This document shows, piece by piece, positions 60,901 through 64,000 of a stretch of 64,000 nucleotides of DNA. This DNA comes from Eledone cirrhosa (taxonomy: Eukaryota). Both the position numbers and the translations under genes were made by a program. Location: assembly GCA_964016885.1 (NCBI GenBank), contig OZ024744.1, positions 110,980,001-111,044,000 on the forward strand. The letters run 5' to 3'. Numbering within the stretch: position 1 is the first letter of the stretch; the number at the start of each line of letters is the position of its first letter. The notes beneath the pieces were generated by a model. That model did no database searches. It saw only the letters and a program-made list of their open reading frames with translations, and was not told where the DNA came from.

Positions 60901-62900
60901 GCCCTGAACACAGTAAAACTACAGAATCCACTATAACTTACCTTGCCCAGAACAAAGTAAAACTACGTAATCCACTATACCTTACCATGCCCTGAACACA
61001 GTAAAACTACACAATCCACTATACCTTACCATGCCCTGAACACAGTAAAACTACACAATCCACTATAGCTTACCTTGCCCTGAACACAGAAAAACTAAAC
61101 AATCCACTATAACTTACATTGCCCTGAACACAGTAAAACTACACAATCCACTATAAATTACCTTGCTCTGAACACAGTAAAATTACACAATCCACTATAA
61201 CTTACCTTGCTCTGAACACAGTAAACCTACACAATCCACTATAAATTACCTTGCCCTGAACACAGTAAAATTACACAATCCACTATAAGTTACCTTGCTC
61301 TGAACACAGTAAAACAACACAATCCACTATAACTTAACTGGCCCTGAACACAGTAAAACTACACAATCCACTATAACTTACCATGCGCTGAACACAGTAA
61401 AACTAAACAATCCACTATAACTTACATTGCCCTGAACACAGTAAAATTACACAAACCACTATAAATTACCTTGCCCGGAACACAGTAAAACTACACAATC
61501 CACTATAAATTACCTTGCCCTGAACACAGTAAAACTACACAATCCACTATAACTTACCTTGCCCTGGACACAGTAAAACTACACAATCCACTATAACTTA
61601 CCTTGCTCTGAACACAGTAAAACTACACAATCCACTATACCTTACCTTGGCCTGAACACAGTAAAACTACACAATCCACTATAGCTTACATTGCTCTGAA
61701 CACAGTAAAACTACACAATCCATTATAGCTTACCTTGCCCTGAAAACAGTGGAACTACACAATCCACTATAAATTACCTTGCTCTGAACACAGTAAAACT
61801 ACACAATCCACTATAACTTACCTTGCTCTGAACACAGTAAAACTACACAATCCACTATAACTTACCTTGCTCTGAACACAGTAAAACTACACAATCCACT
61901 ATAACTTACTTTGTCATGAACACAGTAAAACTACACAATCCACTATAACTTACCTTGCACTGAACACAGTAAAACTACACAATCCACTATAGTTTACCTT
62001 GCCCTGAACACAGTAAAACTACACAATCCACAATAACGTACCTTGCCCTGAACACAGTAAAACTACTTAATTCACTATAACTTACCTTGCTCTGAACACA
62101 GTAAAACTACACAATCCACTATACCTTACCTTGCCCTGAACACAGTAAAACTACACAATCCACTATAGCTTACATTGCTCTGAACACAGTAAAACTACAC
62201 AATCCACTATAAATTACCTTGCCCTGAACACAGTAAAACTACACAATCCACTATTACTTACCTTGCCCTGAACACAGAATAACTACACAATCCACTATAA
62301 CTTAACTGGCCCTGAACACAGTAAAACTACACAATCCACTATTACTTACCTTGCTCTGAACACAGTAAAACTACACAATCCACTATTACTTACCTTGCTC
62401 TGAACACAGAAAAACTACACAATCCACTATAACTTAATTTGCCATGAACACAGTAAAACTACACAATCCACTATTACTTACCTTGCTCTGAACATAGAAA
62501 AACTACACAATCCACTATAACTTACTTTGCCATGAACACAGTAAAACTACACAATCCACTATAACTTAACTGGCCCTGAACACAGTGACACTACACAATC
62601 AACTATAACTTACCTTGCTCTGAACACAGTAAAACTACACAATGCACTATAACTTACTTTGCCATGAACACAGTAAAACTACACAATCCACTAAAACTTA
62701 CCTTGCACTGAACACAGTAAAACTACACAATCCACTATAACAAACATTGCCCGGAACAAAGTAAAACTACGTAATCCACTATACCTTACCTTGCCCTGAA
62801 CACAGTGAAACTACACAATCCACTATAACTTACCTTGCTCTGAACACAGTAAAACTACACAATCCACTATACCTTACCTTGCCCTGAACACAGTAAAACT
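57950..62900. repeat. Higher-order duplication at offset 2728 bp (62 monomers) with nested 9- and 11-monomer tandem duplications
   Basis: GCCCTGGACA 58833/61561 and GTGGAACTAC 59021/61749 (offset 2728 = 62x44); AAAACTAAAC 58011/58495 (484 = 11x44); AACACTACACAATCAAC 59991/60387 (396 = 9x44). Confidence 0.8.
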
Positions 62901-64000
62901 ACATAATCCACTATAGTTTACCTTGCCCTGAACACAATAAAACTACACAATCCACTATAAATTACCTTGCTCTGAACACAATAAAACTACACAATCCACT
63001 ATAACTTAACTGGCCCTGAACACAGTAAAACTACACAATCCACTATAACTTACCTTGCCCTGAACACAGTAAAACTACACAATCCACTATAACAAACATT
63101 GCCCTGAACACGGTAAAACTACACAAACCACTATAAATTACCTTGCCCTGAACACAGTAAAACTACATAATCCACTATAGTTTACCTTGCCCTGAACACA
63201 ATAAAACTACACAATCCACTATAACGTACCTTGCCCTGAACACAGTAAAACTACTTAATTCACTATAACTTACCTTGCTCTGAACACAGTAAAACTACAC
63301 AATCCACTATACCTTACCTTGCCCTGCACACAGTAAAACTACACAATCCACTATAACTTACCTTGCCCTGAACACAGTAAAACTACACAATCCTCTATAA
63401 CTTACCTTGCTGTGAACACAGTAAAACTACACAATCCACTATGCCTTACCTTGCCCTGAACACAGTAAAACTACACAATCCTCTATAACTTACATTGCCC
63501 TGAACACAGTAAAACTACACAATCCACTATTACTTACATTGCTCTGAACACAGAAAAACTACACAATCCACTATAACTTACTTTGCCATGAACAGAGTAA
63601 AACTACACAATCCACTACAACTTACCTTGCACTGAACACAGTAAAACTACACAATCCACTATAAGTTACCTTCCTCTGAACACAGTAAAACTACACAATC
63701 CACTATAACTTAACTGGCCCTGAACACAGTAACACTACACAATCCACTCTAACTTACCTTGCCCAGAACAAAGTATAACTACGTAATCCACTATACCTTA
63801 CCTTGCCCTGAACACAGTCAAACTACACAATCCACTATAGCTTACATTGCTCTGAACACAGTAAAACTACACAATCCACTATAGCTTACCTTGCCCTGAA
63901 CACAGTAAAACTACACAATCCACTATAGCTTACCTTGCCCTGAACACAGAAAAACTAAACAATCCACTATAACTTACATTGCCCTGAACACAGTAAAACT

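Larger units (their letters stand above)
1..64000. repeat. 44-bp tandem satellite/minisatellite array, about 1,450 head-to-tail monomers, open at both window ends
   Basis: Consensus CCACTATAACTTACCTTGCCCTGAACACAGTAAAACTACACAAT (exact at 221-264) recurs with 44-bp period throughout. Most copies differ by 0-5 substitutions, with occasional 43-, 45- and 46-bp indel variants. No inversion or foreign insertion seen. Confidence 0.99.

Noticed and set aside
1-64000. CRISPR array (conserved ~30 bp plus variable ~14 bp look)
   Set aside because: The variable part consists of point variants of one sequence, not unique spacers. It is too short and recurs many times, and there is no palindrome, leader or cas gene.
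1-64000. Unspliced repetitive protein-coding ORF
   Set aside because: 44 is not a multiple of 3 and each monomer has three stop triplets per strand (+: TAA, TGA, TAA; -: TAG, TAA, TAG), so every frame closes within a few monomers.
1-64000. Telomerase-type telomeric repeat
   Set aside because: No TTAGGG/TTAGG-like short unit. The inherited, ordered variant cassettes indicate DNA-level duplication and not templated addition.

Overview
The whole 64 kb window is one uninterrupted, single-orientation tandem array of a 44-bp satellite/minisatellite, about 1,450 copies (64000/44). The consensus is CCACTATAACTTACCTTGCCCTGAACACAGTAAAACTACACAAT, with an exact copy at 221-264. It is about 39% GC and strongly skewed (14 C vs 3 G per monomer on the + strand). 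I found no gene, RNA gene, transposon or unique sequence, and the array runs off both ends. The architecture points to eukaryotic satellite or large intronic tandem-repeat DNA; the organism cannot be determined. The array is built from a limited set of recurring variant monomers in ordered cassettes, re-amplified by nested duplications of about 0.4-6.3 kb that can be traced with rare marker variants. The most unusual feature is on the minus strand, where each consensus monomer reads as a splice module: T-rich tract + CAG | 6-nt GGCAAG | GTAAGT. This is an acceptor, a frame-preserving micro-exon and a consensus U1 donor. Whether it is functional cannot be decided from sequence alone. All offsets were counted by hand and block boundaries are approximate.
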